A DNA stretch of 64,000 nt from Podospora anserina (lineage: Eukaryota), in assembly GCA_017654855.1 (NCBI GenBank), contig CM030333.1:2108001-2172000 (forward strand). Reading direction: 5' to 3'. Position numbers and translations under genes: made by a program. The notes beneath the pieces are model-generated. The model did no database searches and was not told the origin of the DNA. It worked only from the letters and a program-made list of their open reading frames with translations. The first letter of the stretch is position 1, and every line of letters begins with the position of its first letter. This document shows, piece after piece, positions 1-11,546 of the stretch.

Positions 1-436
1 TAAAACAGACAGGTAGGTTGAAATCATTCAATACCGTGTATGACGAAAGTAAATATCGCTGTTCAATGTGTCTGTCTGCTGTCCCTCATGCAACGAGGGT
101 TCTTGTGGGGAGTTACTTGACCTGAAAGCCTGGACTTTGCATTTTAAGAGTTTCAGGAAAAGAGCACCTCTTTCTCAGACGTTTATCCATTGTGCCTGCA
201 GTCTTGACTTGAATTGACGTCACAATATCCGGTAGCTTTGCGGAAGTTAAGCCAAGAGGCGCACACTTTAACCTTCTTCGAAGAAGCCACAGAAAAAGAA
301 AATGGCACGTAAAAACTTTTTAAAGGGTTGGCCATTGGTTCTCATCGCTCATCATCGAATCACTCTCCCGACATAGATTCATAGCATAGCAATACCGTAT
401 GCTACTCTACCCGTGTCGCAGTCTGCCAATTCAACC

Positions 437-1564
437 ATGTCAGATTCTTGTGGCGATGACCCCTTGCCCAAGCCCCCGATGGAGTTGGAAGTCAAATGCC
501 GCAAAGCCCTTGAAAGATACGCAGCAATCACAAAGATGGATGGCACGAGACACTTCCCTTCAGACATTCACCGACAATCTGCCAACATCAGGACGTTCAA
601 CACTCATGTCAGAGATCGTCGAACACGCGGTGAATCATGCTAAATTGAGACAATTGAGAAATTTCTTGTTGGATGCCATTCTCAAACCAGGTACCGCAGC
701 TCCCCCTATTCTTCATCCCCATCTCGCAAATACTGACAATGTGCATAAAAAGTACGAAACCGGTACCACAAAGCTCGCCTGACCATGACAGCCGCACTGG
801 CCCCTGATTTTGACCAGGATATTGACAAGCATATCGCCACAATGGCCGAAAGGTCACGCCCCAAAAAAGGGCGTCAATATCTCAGACAACAATACCTTCT
901 TAGAGATGACCGCCGCTGTATCATGACTGGTTAGTATGAGAGACGCTACCTTGCCTCCCTATCTCCGCAAGACTAAGCAACTAAGTTCCGTAGCACTATT
1001 TCACTGTATTCACATCCTCTCTTCTACAATTTTCAACTGTGGCGACAACAAATCCACCAGAGTTAGTCCACCTCAAGGTCCACCCACCTCAATATTAACC
1101 CAACTGACACGAGCCTACTGATCCAGGCTCGTCAAAGTACAGCTACGTGGTGGGCCCTCCGTCGGTACTTCGACCTTTCCGACCGCAACTTCCACCCAGA
1201 TATCCTCCACGGGCCCGAAAATACCATATCCCTCACGATTGAGTTCGTCAAGGAGTACCGCCAGTTCCGGATAGCTTTGGAACCAGGAGAAGGCAATGGA
1301 AATATCTACACCTGCCGTATCATGGATCCAGAGACCCGGAGCATGTCTGTAGATCATTTTGCTCCCCAAGATCAGCCCATCACCTTGACGCATCATGACA
1401 ACATTCCAATGCCCAGTAGGGACCTTCTTAGAATACATCATACCTTGGGTAAAATCTTTCATGTGAGCAAAACCACCGCTGAATCTATGACCAGAGTGCT
1501 GACTTGTGTGTAGGCTGAGCCACGTTTGAACTGGAACGTGATGATTGAAGAAGCAGGTTGTTGA
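437..1564 (+). pseudogene. Disrupted fungal HNH-endonuclease-like (HNH_2 type) gene
   Basis: Family-like segments occur in order but in broken frames: LRQLRNFLLDAILKP (~645-689), LRDDRRCIMTG followed by TAG (899-934), FHCIHIL, then after an intron (GTTAGT ~1062 to CAG 1126) WWALRRYF...PENTISLTIEFVKEYRQFRIALEP and PMPSRDLLRIHHTLGKIFH. There is a frameshift near 545 and there are in-frame stops. Both ends are approximate. Confidence 0.6.
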
Positions 1565-2583
1565 TGGGATATATTCAGCATGTATGATCTTAGTATCTAT
1601 GTAACAGCTTCCTTGCGGGATCTATATGGCTTGATATTGATGGAGATGGATAGCTATTCAAGAAGGCGGACGCCGAGAGTAGTGAAATATACATTACGCC
1701 TACCCAATAAAAGCCAAAGGAAGGTGTGCAGAAAGAAGGCTATACTCTGTAAGCCATTAGCCAACGGCATACACTGTTTAAACCAGCATCACCTATAACC
1801 ATAACCCTAACCCGTCACCCCGTGCCCCCCTACTCCCTCTCCTTCACCCATTCCCTCATGCACCTCTTTCTCTCCTGAAGACGGGACCCAATTTTACACT
1901 CAACCTTTCTCACACACAACCCTCTACTCACTACCCATCCTTTCCTCCCCGCATCCTCTCACACCATTCACAACCACCAACTGGACCTTTCCCCTCAGAA
2001 AAGGAACCTCCCCCTCCGCAACCCCATCCAAATGCAACCCCAAAAAGTTCTCCCCTCCACCACCACTAACCCTTCCCCTACCCAAGAAAAAGCCAAGATG
2101 ATCATCACCCCCTACCATACCAAGCCCGCCCAAAATCCCACCAATAACACCCAAGCAAAACACAAGCATTCTTGGTACCGGCAGTTACCTTCCCCCCCTT
2201 TAGCGCCCCTATGAACAAGCTCAAAGCAACCAAGCTAACGGCTTCCAAAGCCGATCGGTTAGACATGGGTGGCACCCTCTTGGCAACGACGACAAGAGAA
2301 AATGTCACTGCGACGGAGAAGTGTTTTTGAGTTGAGCAAAAACGCCCATGTATCAAAATTGTCATGTCCCGACTCTCGTCCCAAAGAAGAGGCCAGAAAT
2401 TGAATATCTACAAGAAGTTTGAAAAGAATGCCATCAGAGTTATCACCGAGGTGAAAAACTCCCATGGATGCTAATGCACCGTTCCCACTCCCATCCACTC
2501 TATCAATGCTATTCGCTTTCCTCTACTACCACCTCGCCAAAAAAAACCAACCCTTGTTCCACCGCCGCTCAAGAAGGAACTTC

Positions 2584-3361
2584 TTAGCAGGTGAAGACCG
2601 AGGGGCCGGGGATCTGGTAGTTGGTGACAGGGGGCCAGTAGATGCTGATCTTGACACCGGGGTGGGAGCCCTACATATACGAGTTAGTAACCAATTGGCT
2701 GGGAACAAAGTGATGATATATCAAGGCAAAAACTTACAGAGTAAGCACCGGGGAAGGCAACGGTGGAGGGGGTCTTGCTGCCGGTACCGCCGACAATGTT
2801 GAGCTGAGCACACTCCATGTAGAACTGAGCACCGGGGTAGTTGCCGGCACCGTGGAGAGCAAGCATCTCAGCACGGAGGAGGTACTGGCCGGGGGCGATG
2901 CAGGAGGGGATCTTGATGCTGTGGCGGCCCTGGCCGTTGATGACCTTCTCGGTGCCCCAGACGCCGTTGTTGTAGCCGTCCTCCTGGATCTTGAACCAAC
3001 CGCCGCCGACACCAGAGTCGGTGGTGGCGTCGTTGACCTTCTTGAGGTAGGCCATGGTGGGGCCCTTGTGGGAGATGTCCATGATGTCGTTGGGGGCAGA
3101 GCCGGTGGTGGAGAGCATGTAGCGCCAGATGGCGGTCACGTTCTGACCAGCCTGGACGGTGATGACCTTGGAGGTGGGGGTGGTCGGGTTGGGAGCACCG
3201 TTGCAGGCGATCGAGGCAGAGTCGACATTCTCAATGGGGCCGTTGTAGCTGGGCACACGGACACCACCACCAACACCGTGGTTGACACCGTTCACCTCGA
3301 GGGAGGAGAAGATGGTGTGGGCGCTCGCGGCGGAGGCAAGGAGGATAGGGGCGAACTTCAT
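2584..3361 (-). CDS. AA9 lytic polysaccharide monooxygenase (GH61), secreted, no CBM; close to N. crassa NCU01050/LPMO9D
   Basis: Signal peptide [14 protein letters not shown] is followed by His1 ([11 protein letters not shown]); also [18 protein letters not shown] and [10 protein letters not shown]. Exons 3361-2738 and 2670-2584; intron 2737-2671 (GTAAGT...CTAAC...TAG). Ends PGPSVFTC*, 236 aa. Confidence 0.97.
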
Positions 3362-3466
3362 GGTGACGGTGGATGGAGTTTGAGGGAGTGGTCCAGGTAA
3401 ACTTGCTCGAATGTGCTCGTCGATGGATGGCTCTCTAGAAAGGATTCTGGATGGGATGGTGACGGG

Positions 3467-3474
3467 TATATATA
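3467..3474 (-). promoter_or_regulatory. Putative TATA box of the AA9 gene
   Basis: TATATATA lies about 110 bp upstream of the ATG at 3361. Confidence 0.45.
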
Positions 3475-3659
3475 CCTGTGCCACCTGCCGTGACAACACC
3501 AAGTCCCGCCATCATGCTTTCAAGATTGTGCATCTTTCGGTTGCAAAGACTTGACGGCCTCGGGTTCCGCAGTTGGCAGCAGTAGCCGCGCGGAATCTGG
3601 GGGGCATGACAGCAGGCTTGGTGGCTTGGAGGCCAAGGAGTGCCACGCCGGCGTCAATC

Positions 3660-3704
3660 CGGTCACGATCCCGATCTGGGTGCAACATCTCGGCGCCTAG
3701 TCCG
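3660..3704. promoter_or_regulatory. Two CGG-N8-CCG Zn2Cys6-type sites upstream of AA9
   Basis: CGG-TCACGATC-CCG (3660-3673) and CGG-CGCCTAGT-CCG (3691-3704). Confidence 0.4.
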
Positions 3705-5785
3705 ACTCGGTGCAGTGAGGTTGTCATCCGTGAGGGCCGCCGGTGGACGGGCGGAACATGATGGTCCGGAGACCAATATAGAATGTTCGGCAGCCTTGCC
3801 GACAATCCCCCAGACGGGCCTAGCCAAGCCTCTAGACCTTGATCTGTCTTGCCCCTGCAATCTTTTCCCCTTCAGGGTTTTCTTCTCTGATGGACGTCAG
3901 TTGTCCCGCTGACAAGCTTTTCCCGGTTTCAGGAATCGTGTTCCCCACAAATCCGATGATCTCATCCAACTGCAGTCTTCGTGTGTCCTCCTCCGCAGAC
4001 TCTTGATGGAGAAAGCGCCCCCGCGGGGAGCGGCAGAGAAAGGCACCTTGTGCATCATGCACCCCGGCCTTCAGCGGCCTCCTTTCCCGGGACTCTGTCA
4101 TCATGTTTCCACAAAACCAGGAAGCGATTCGACAAAAGTTTTTGTCGCTTCCGTTGCAGCCCAGCTTCTGTGGTATTTTGAGCATGTGGGCATGTCTCTT
4201 GAAGGATATTCGGGGAACCGCCCGTTGACCGCTACGCGTCGAGGAGGCTGTGTGATGTGGTTGGCATCTTGATGTTGAGGAATCTGGTGTGCAAGCGCCT
4301 GCCAGTCTTGGACATGTGTGTTGAGTTGAGCACATTGTGTTTTTGTCTCGTTGTTGGCTGAGCTTCTTGGTGCTGCAGGTTTTGATCACTCGAATATCGG
4401 GCCGCGTACGCCGAGCAGGAAACAGCAGCGCCAACCTGGCCTACTAATCATGGCGGATTCCAGATGATTCTTCCGAGTGACTTGGCGATGGAGGTCTTTT
4501 ATTCTTCGAGGCAGCCGTTGCGCTGACGTTGTCTTGATCACTAGTTCGTCATCTATCGTCGGGCAAAGGGAACCTTGGAACCCAACGCGGGCTTTGGTGT
4601 CGGCAGCTATACCATGGTGATAGGAACGAGGATATGGGGGGTCAATGGGATACTAGCTGGATGTCTCTTATTTCTCTGTTGTCAGCCTCGAACAGCTCGC
4701 AAACTATGTTTACGTGCTGCGGTTTCTGGAATAGCTGCCGCAGGCAGACGTCGACGATACCACCGACAGTAGCACCCTGAGGAAGGTGGGTGTTATCCGG
4801 CAGATGATTCTTGTTGCGCGTTTCTTGCCATCGCCTTGGCAGGTGAACATGGTCGGGCTTCGTCGAGACTTACCACAAGTGGTGCAAGACCTCCAGCAGT
4901 GAATTTTGGGTTGAGAGATAACTGAATCCTCATCTCGAGAAGAAATCGCTCGTTCTGTTGACTACACACCTCGCTACTTAGGCATCCCGGCCATCATTTA
5001 TTGTCGGCTATTTACAGCCAAAAAATAGTATGCCCGGGGCGAGTGCTTTTCAACAGCTAGGGCAGAGGGTCGATACTAGCTAGTTACTGTTTTTAATGAG
5101 CTATACAAGTTGGAAAAATTGGATCTTCGTGCAGGTCTTCGGTTCTGGAGGCACTGGAATCCCAAACAAATGACACGAAGAATGCTTGACGAGATCTACA
5201 ATGAAAAGGGAAATGAAAAGTTTCCAGTCTGATAGTCTTGATGGGAGACGGGAGTGTGGCCCAGAAGAGTATGGCTGGCGAAAGCGGAAAGTACGAGAGG
5301 CATGGGATAACACTGCCGCCTTCGGGGCACTTTCTTGCCCTCGCAAGAGATATCGGGGAGGGACAAACTCTGAGTATCGGATCAATGTTTCCCCAATGTC
5401 CGATAATTCGCAGATCTTTCCAGGAACACGGAGATGTTGTCGCTCTCGTAGTACGTACAATCAAGGTCCAATTCCTTCTCGTTTATTGCCGTGGACAATC
5501 GACCTTCCTATTGGACTGCGCCATACTAAATCATTGGCATTCCGGCTAAGTAACTCCCGATAGCCAATTACCTTGTCAAACGCCCCTCATTTGCTCATTT
5601 ACCCTGCTGTATCGAGGTGGGTAAGGAGCGGTTACAACGGGGGATATGCAGGGAGAATCCCTTACTACTACTACCCGGAATTCGAGGACCTTGATCAACG
5701 AGGAGCTTCTAGAGGCACGCTTGATCTGAACAAACATCTCCAGTCCTCATCATGATGACCATGTTGTTGCTTGAGGCTAACCGCA

Positions 5786-7597
5786 ATGTTAAGTGACCTG
5801 TCTCCACGGGCGGAGTCACTCGTCCCAGCGAATGTCGACAAGCTATTTGATCTGCTTAATACCAACGGCGAGGCGTCCTCGGGATCAACATGGAGTCGCG
5901 CACCAAGGTCCCTTTCTGCCACTCAACAGGGGAGTCGGAACTTGCTTGATGGTGTTCTCTCGCCGGCTGCCACAACTCAAAGACCTTTTGTCCAACAACA
6001 TTCAATATGGCAGGAACCGCTTTTTGAGTCGGGGTGTAGAGGCTCACTGCATGGTCAACAATGCGCAGGGCAATGCTCCGACCCCAAGATATTGTTCAGT
6101 TCCCTCAGCATTCTAGGAAACTGCCTTGCCTTTGCAACCGCGGGCTTACTGGCAGATGACGGCATTGTTATTCGAGAAGCCCCACTGGAGGACACCCCGA
6201 CATCACTACAAATAGCTGGTGTCCCCGAAAACATCAATGCAACTCAGATACTCGATGATATTGTACGATGCGCTGTGTCGTCCTGCGAAGGCGAAGGTAG
6301 AATATCCGGCATGGCCACCTGCACGACACAGCTTATCGAACTAAGGGGACACCTGGGTGGTCCGCATAACGCCGCTAGCCTTGAGCAATTCCAGGTCCTT
6401 CATGACGGCCTAGGCCAATATTGTGGCAAGCTTGATATGGAGTTTGAGCCTGACATTGCAGGGCCGGGGGTAAGTTGGCATTTTCCTCTGGAAAACTGGC
6501 GATTCTTTTGGATTCAGAAACTGACCGCCTAACCCTTCTCCAGGTCCTGCTGTCACAAATGATACAGGCATCAGTCTCAGTCACCTCGTTTGTTTTCATC
6601 ACGATAATCAGCTCTTGGGCCCGGTTCGTTCTTTTGGTCCACAAGCGAGGCGACTGGAAGAAAGCGGAGCGTCGTCACAGAAAACTCACAACATCCAGAG
6701 TCCACGGTGCGTTGGTTTCGGCTGCCGTGGAATTCCAGGAAGCCCAAGCCTTCTTCACCATGGCCATTCAGATCGCGACCATTGCCACGTTTGAGCCGAG
6801 CTTTACCTGCGGCTTGTCTTGCAGCCAGCAAGAATCGATCCAATCCCTGAGCGACACCATCATGAATGGGCAGTTGATTCGTGCTCTGGCGGTCAACAGC
6901 ATGTTGCCTGTGCTTCTGACACAGTCAGTACTACACCGTGCCGGAATGAGCTGGTGGTATACCTTGACGCTTTGCATCATTGTCTGCATCTTTTCAGAGG
7001 TCATCAGGTGGCAAACTGTCACTCAAGTCCCTTTCCACATCCTGTTAGGCCGGCTAAAAGATCTAGTACCAGTGGATGAGTGTGGTGGTAACCCTTCTCT
7101 GACAGCGTATTGCCTGACGCCTTTATACAATCTTCAACTTGTGGAAATGCCCATGCTGATTGTAGGATATACAACCGCCCTGGTACTCCTTCTTGCGCAG
7201 AGCGCACATCGGACATGGCCGATTATTTCACCTATTGTCGAGAGGCATAGACCTGGTCAGTTGCTGGCTTACTTGGGAAAGCATTTCTTTCGAGTGTCTT
7301 GGTACGGATTGCAGATGACGCTTGCCATCGCCACGGCCTTACATTTCGTCACTCTTTGGACCATCAGCCGCGGTTTGAATGCGTCACCGAAAGACTGGAC
7401 ATATGGCCAGGTGGTGTCGGCAATGCTCTGGGCTCCGATATTGGGAAAGTACCTATACTACAATATTTGTAAGTGGTATTGAACAGACTCTGGGTTGCTT
7501 CTTTTTCGCTTACGTTTCTGTCTTAGTTGGAGTGAAGAGGGGAGTCGAGGCACGGCTTGCGCGAGAGTACACGGTGATTCGACTTGAGCCTCACTGA
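5786..7597 (+). CDS. Multi-pass membrane protein of unknown function with a Cys-rich N-terminal region
   Basis: Exons 5786-6469, 6544-7468 and 7527-7597; both GTAAGT...AG introns keep the frame. Motifs PDIAGPGV, VEFQEAQAFF and WTYGQVVSAMLWAP plus several hydrophobic helices. The start codon is uncertain. Confidence 0.8.
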
Positions 7598-7821
7598 AAT
7601 GCTCAGTTATCCTTGCGGTATGCCTACAGCGCCAGGGCTTTGATCGAATCACCACCCCGGTATCAGGCTGCCTTAGCCACAGCATCACCCCCAATAACTA
7701 TCGACTTGGCACATCCGCACCTTCACGGAATTGCATTTAAATTCACGGTACAAAAGCTCCAGGTATTCTGTTTTCCAGCACCATTTGCCCCTCGATCCAC
7801 TACCACTTTCCGGCAAACAGG

Positions 7822-10404
7822 ATGTCAATCAATTCACCTCAGGGCAGCACCTCCATGCTCCACACCCTGGTGGTGTGGTTAGCCAGCTACACCGCCTGCG
7901 TATTGAAGAAGCTGAAAAAATCCTTTGATTCAGACCTGTCACACCTACCGCCACTTGTTTACGGCCCTTTACCTAGCGCAGCATCCATCAGAATCCTCGA
8001 TATGATCAAGCCAGCTGCAGGAGACAAAAACATCATCAGACTGTCAACTCGAATCATCAACCTAGACTCGGACTTAGCCTCGCTGCCGGAATATGTGGCT
8101 CTGTCTTATACGTGGGGAAACCCAATCACGATTCGAGAGTCGGTGCCAGATTCAATGAATTTCAGAAACCCCTTTTTCTGTTCCATCAAGGGGCCGAATA
8201 ATGAACGATTTGGATGGCTAGACCCGGCAAAATGGATTTATTTCTGGCAAAATAGCCGGTACATGATAGCTGAAGAGAAGGTCGATTGGAACGGTGACAA
8301 ATTAAGGTGGATTGAGTTGGATGGCTGCGGCGTGCAGGTCAAGGAGAATATGTTTCACTTCTTGGAGACAGTTCAACGGGTACGAAAAGACTCTGCAGGG
8401 CCTCACGGTTGGGGCGGGCTTCAGCTAGACTCAGGTTTCGACAATGTGGGCTATCCGCTTTGGATCGATGCTATATGCATCAACCAGGACGACCCAGACG
8501 AGCGAGGTTCTCAGGTATCACTGATGTCCAGGGTCTATCAATCTGCCAAACACGTTTTGGCATGGACCGGGAAGAGTGACAGACTGTCGGAATGGGCAGC
8601 CCAAAGGTTCAGTCGACTAATGGATTGGGAGGCACACCGTGCGCAACGGATGAGGGAGAAGATTGAAAAGGGAGAAGAGCGCTCCTGGAGCGATATCAAC
8701 ATTGACACAACGCTTTCGTCGATTGAGTGAATGTCTATACGCCATTGGTTTGGCTTATTCGCTTTTTTTCACCGTATTTGGTTTCGTCGAGCATGGATCG
8801 CGCAGGAGGCGACTTTCGCAAAACGTACCTTCGTCTTAACCTCCACTAACCTGTTCCCTATGATGATGGTCCTGTTGGCGCTGGAGGTGATTGACAGGTA
8901 TGGGTAGGAAGATGAGTTATGCAAGTTAGGACGAGGCCTGCTTACTGGTCGGTCCGTATCAAACACTGAGGCTTTCGTTGCAATGCATACGAGATATCTC
9001 GAGGATGAACAAGGGGTCACTTTGGATCATGCAGAGCGATTGGCAGTTGAGCCACGAGATGCTTTCATTTTCCTTCGGGGATTCCGATGTATTCGCGAAA
9101 GATCGAACCTGGACCTGGCGGGCACAGGTACCATAGTAGTGACAGGACGGAGTGAGAGAGGCTGGGACATCGAGATTTTACCACGGGTGCATTTGGATAT
9201 CACTCGGGTACAATTATCAGTGCCCCGGCTGACTCAGTTCCCTTGAGCCCTTTCCACGAGCGGCTAAGTCTACTTCCTGTCATATCGGTCTTTCGGAACC
9301 TCAATGCCTCTGACCCTCGGGACAAGGTATTTGCATTTTTGAACATTGCAGAGGAAAAGGGGCTTGTTGCGCCAAACTACCGCCAAAGTGCCCAGGCCGT
9401 TTTTCGGGCGACAGCAGAGGCCATAATTAAGGACACCAACAGTCTCTCTGTACTATCACACATTGAAGATCCGTCAAACCGAAAGATCGAGGACCTTCCC
9501 GATTGGGTCCCTGACTTCAGCGCGAGGCTAGAAACGGAAACGTTTGACAATGGGTCCGACCCTTGCAGATATTGCGCCTCATATATCAACTTCAAATTAA
9601 CGGAAGCAAGCGAGATCGTCTTCCATCCTGAGGGGGGTTTGTCCGTCGTGGGCCATTGCATTGACACAGTGAAGGCAGCTTGATGAGCTCCCAGCGTCCG
9701 AGATTCGGGACTGGCCGATGACGTTGGAAAATCTGAAGACAGGAAGAAGAAGAGAGGAGAGTTACGGTGTACGGACACAAGAGGGTGATGAGCAGGAGAA
9801 GGACCAAGGGTCATCAGATTGCTCAGGTTATGCAGAGAAGAGCAGCGAAGAGCTGGAAGGGCCTCCAGAAACTGAATCCATGTCCAACCTTGGGCATCAT
9901 CTGGAGATCTTGGAAGAAGACATAAACGACCAGAAGGACCACTTCTTCGGAGGATCTTCGAGCGTGCTGCCAGCTCGACACTTGCCGGCTGCAACCAAGA
10001 TTTTGAGCTTTTTGGAGGAGCAGGGCCCTCTGCAGGATACAGAGGTTCAAAACGATTGGGCTTCTACCAAGTACACGCGGAATGCAAGCCGCTGTTTTTC
10101 CAAGGTTCAAAAGGCGCAAATTCGAAAATACGAAGCTCTGATGAAGGAGGCTACCCGCGGCCGAAAATTCTTCCTTCCTGACGGGGAGAGATTCGGGTTA
10201 GGCCCAAAATCGACAAGGGAGCCAGACGGGGAACTTTATGATCAGATTTGGGTGATTGAGGGAGCCAGTGTTCCATTCATTCTCAGGGAGACTGACACTT
10301 CGGGTTGTTACAAGATTATCAGCGAGGCGTATGTGCAAGGGTTCATGTATAGAGAGTTGATTGGTAGCTTGGTTGGGCCACCGAGGAGGATCTCTTTGGT
10401 GTGA
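7822..10404 (+). pseudogene. HET-domain (heterokaryon incompatibility, HET-6-like) gene with premature stops and frameshift(s)
   Basis: Motifs YVALSYTWG, LWIDAICINQDDPDERGSQVSLMSRVY, WFRRAWIAQE (in frame after TGA 8728-8730), ASDPRDKVFA, LPDWVPDFS and C-terminal GASVPFILR...ISEAYVQGFM. A second in-frame stop TAG is at 8905-8907. The frame changes near 9240 (possibly a weak intron 9128-9237) and near 9680. Confidence 0.88.
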
Positions 10405-10784
10405 TGTGGTGAGCTGGTGGCGGCCGCGTTGTTGGGTACTGAACCAGGCTGAGCTTCCTGCCTTACACAACGTTCAGCTACCTTACCTACCCTGACCTGA
10501 TTTTGATGTTTATTTGCAAATTCTGCATTTCTGTCCTCAGCTCTCCCTAACTAGGTATGATGGTATTTGGGTAGAGCAAGTACACACCAGAGTCAAAGAG
10601 AGTATCCTGCGTGCGTTGTTGCTGGGTAAACCAATCTCCTTGACCGCTTAATGATGATAATGAAGCAGACTGTTCTCTTTATTCCATCGTCGTCAAACAT
10701 ATAACCATATTGCACATCTCCGCCCTCATCAAAAGCTTCCTGGGCTTTTGCTTTGCGCGTTAGGGGAAAGGAATGATCGCCCGA

Positions 10785-11546
10785 TCAATCACTAAAACCC
10801 TCCCAGTCTTCCTCCGGTTGCTCCTCCCTAAGCTGCACTCTCTCTCTGTGACGTATCACAAGCTCTCCTCGCCTGCCGGTCCGCGACTCGTCCCACTCTA
10901 GCTGCGGCAGCATTTGATCAATCACTAAGGTAGGTAGGTAGTCTAGAAATCTCACCACCGGGCCATGAGGCTCAGGATACGCCGGGAAAATTTGGTCGAA
11001 ATCCCAATCCATATCCACATCCTCATCCTCACTCTCGCTCGGCTCCCAGTCCATCCCCTCACTCTCACTCTCACTCTCACTTCCATTTTCACTTTCACTG
11101 CCCCTCTCACTCTCACTCTCAATCTCACTTTCAGTGACCCACTCACTCTCACTCTGAACCCACCCCTCACCATCTCCCTCCATCTCATACCCCCCCTCCT
11201 CCTCCTCCTCTACCCCCACCCGTCCCTTAATCTTACCCCGACACATCGGACAAGTCTTATTGCCCCCCCTTAACCACTCACGCAGACACCCCCCATGAAA
11301 CATATGCCCACAACCCGGCACCTCCACCACCACCACCCCCACCATCTCGTTCAGACAAATCGCGCACGTCTTGTCCTCCCCCTCTTTCAACGCCCTTGTA
11401 TGCATGACAGGGACCTCTTCTTCGTCGTCCTCATCAACATAATCCCAAAAATACCTGTGCGGGTCTCGATGACCGGTTTCATCGATAAACCCCGCTGGAG
11501 ACAGCAAGATATATGATCTCAAGAAGTAGTCATCTTCCGACGGCAT
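10785..11546 (-). CDS. RING-H2 finger protein with an acidic low-complexity tail
   Basis: CAICLNEM...CGHMFHGGCLREWL...TCPMCR fits the C3H2C3 pattern. First in-frame ATG is at 11546; the frame is open up to 11657, so the start is uncertain. Confidence 0.8.
   Translation of the reverse strand: MPSEDDYFLRSYILLSPAGFIDETGHRDPHRYFWDYVDEDDEEEVPVMHTRALKEGEDKTCAICLNEMVGVVVVEVPGCGHMFHGGCLREWLRGGNKTCPMCRGKIKGRVGVEEEEEGGYEMEGDGEGWVQSESEWVTESEIESESERGSESENGSESESESEGMDWEPSESEDEDVDMDWDFDQIFPAYPEPHGPVVRFLDYLPTLVIDQMLPQLEWDESRTGRRGELVIRHRERVQLREEQPEEDWEGFSD
11058..11155. repeat. Imperfect (CTCACT)n hexamer tract inside the RING gene, encoding Glu-Ser repeats
   Basis: Repeated CTCACT units on the + strand translate as ESESE... 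on the - strand. Confidence 0.8.

Noticed and set aside
1856..2330. C-rich coding-like stretch
   Set aside because: Stops in all frames and no recognisable domain; it may be a remnant but cannot be supported.
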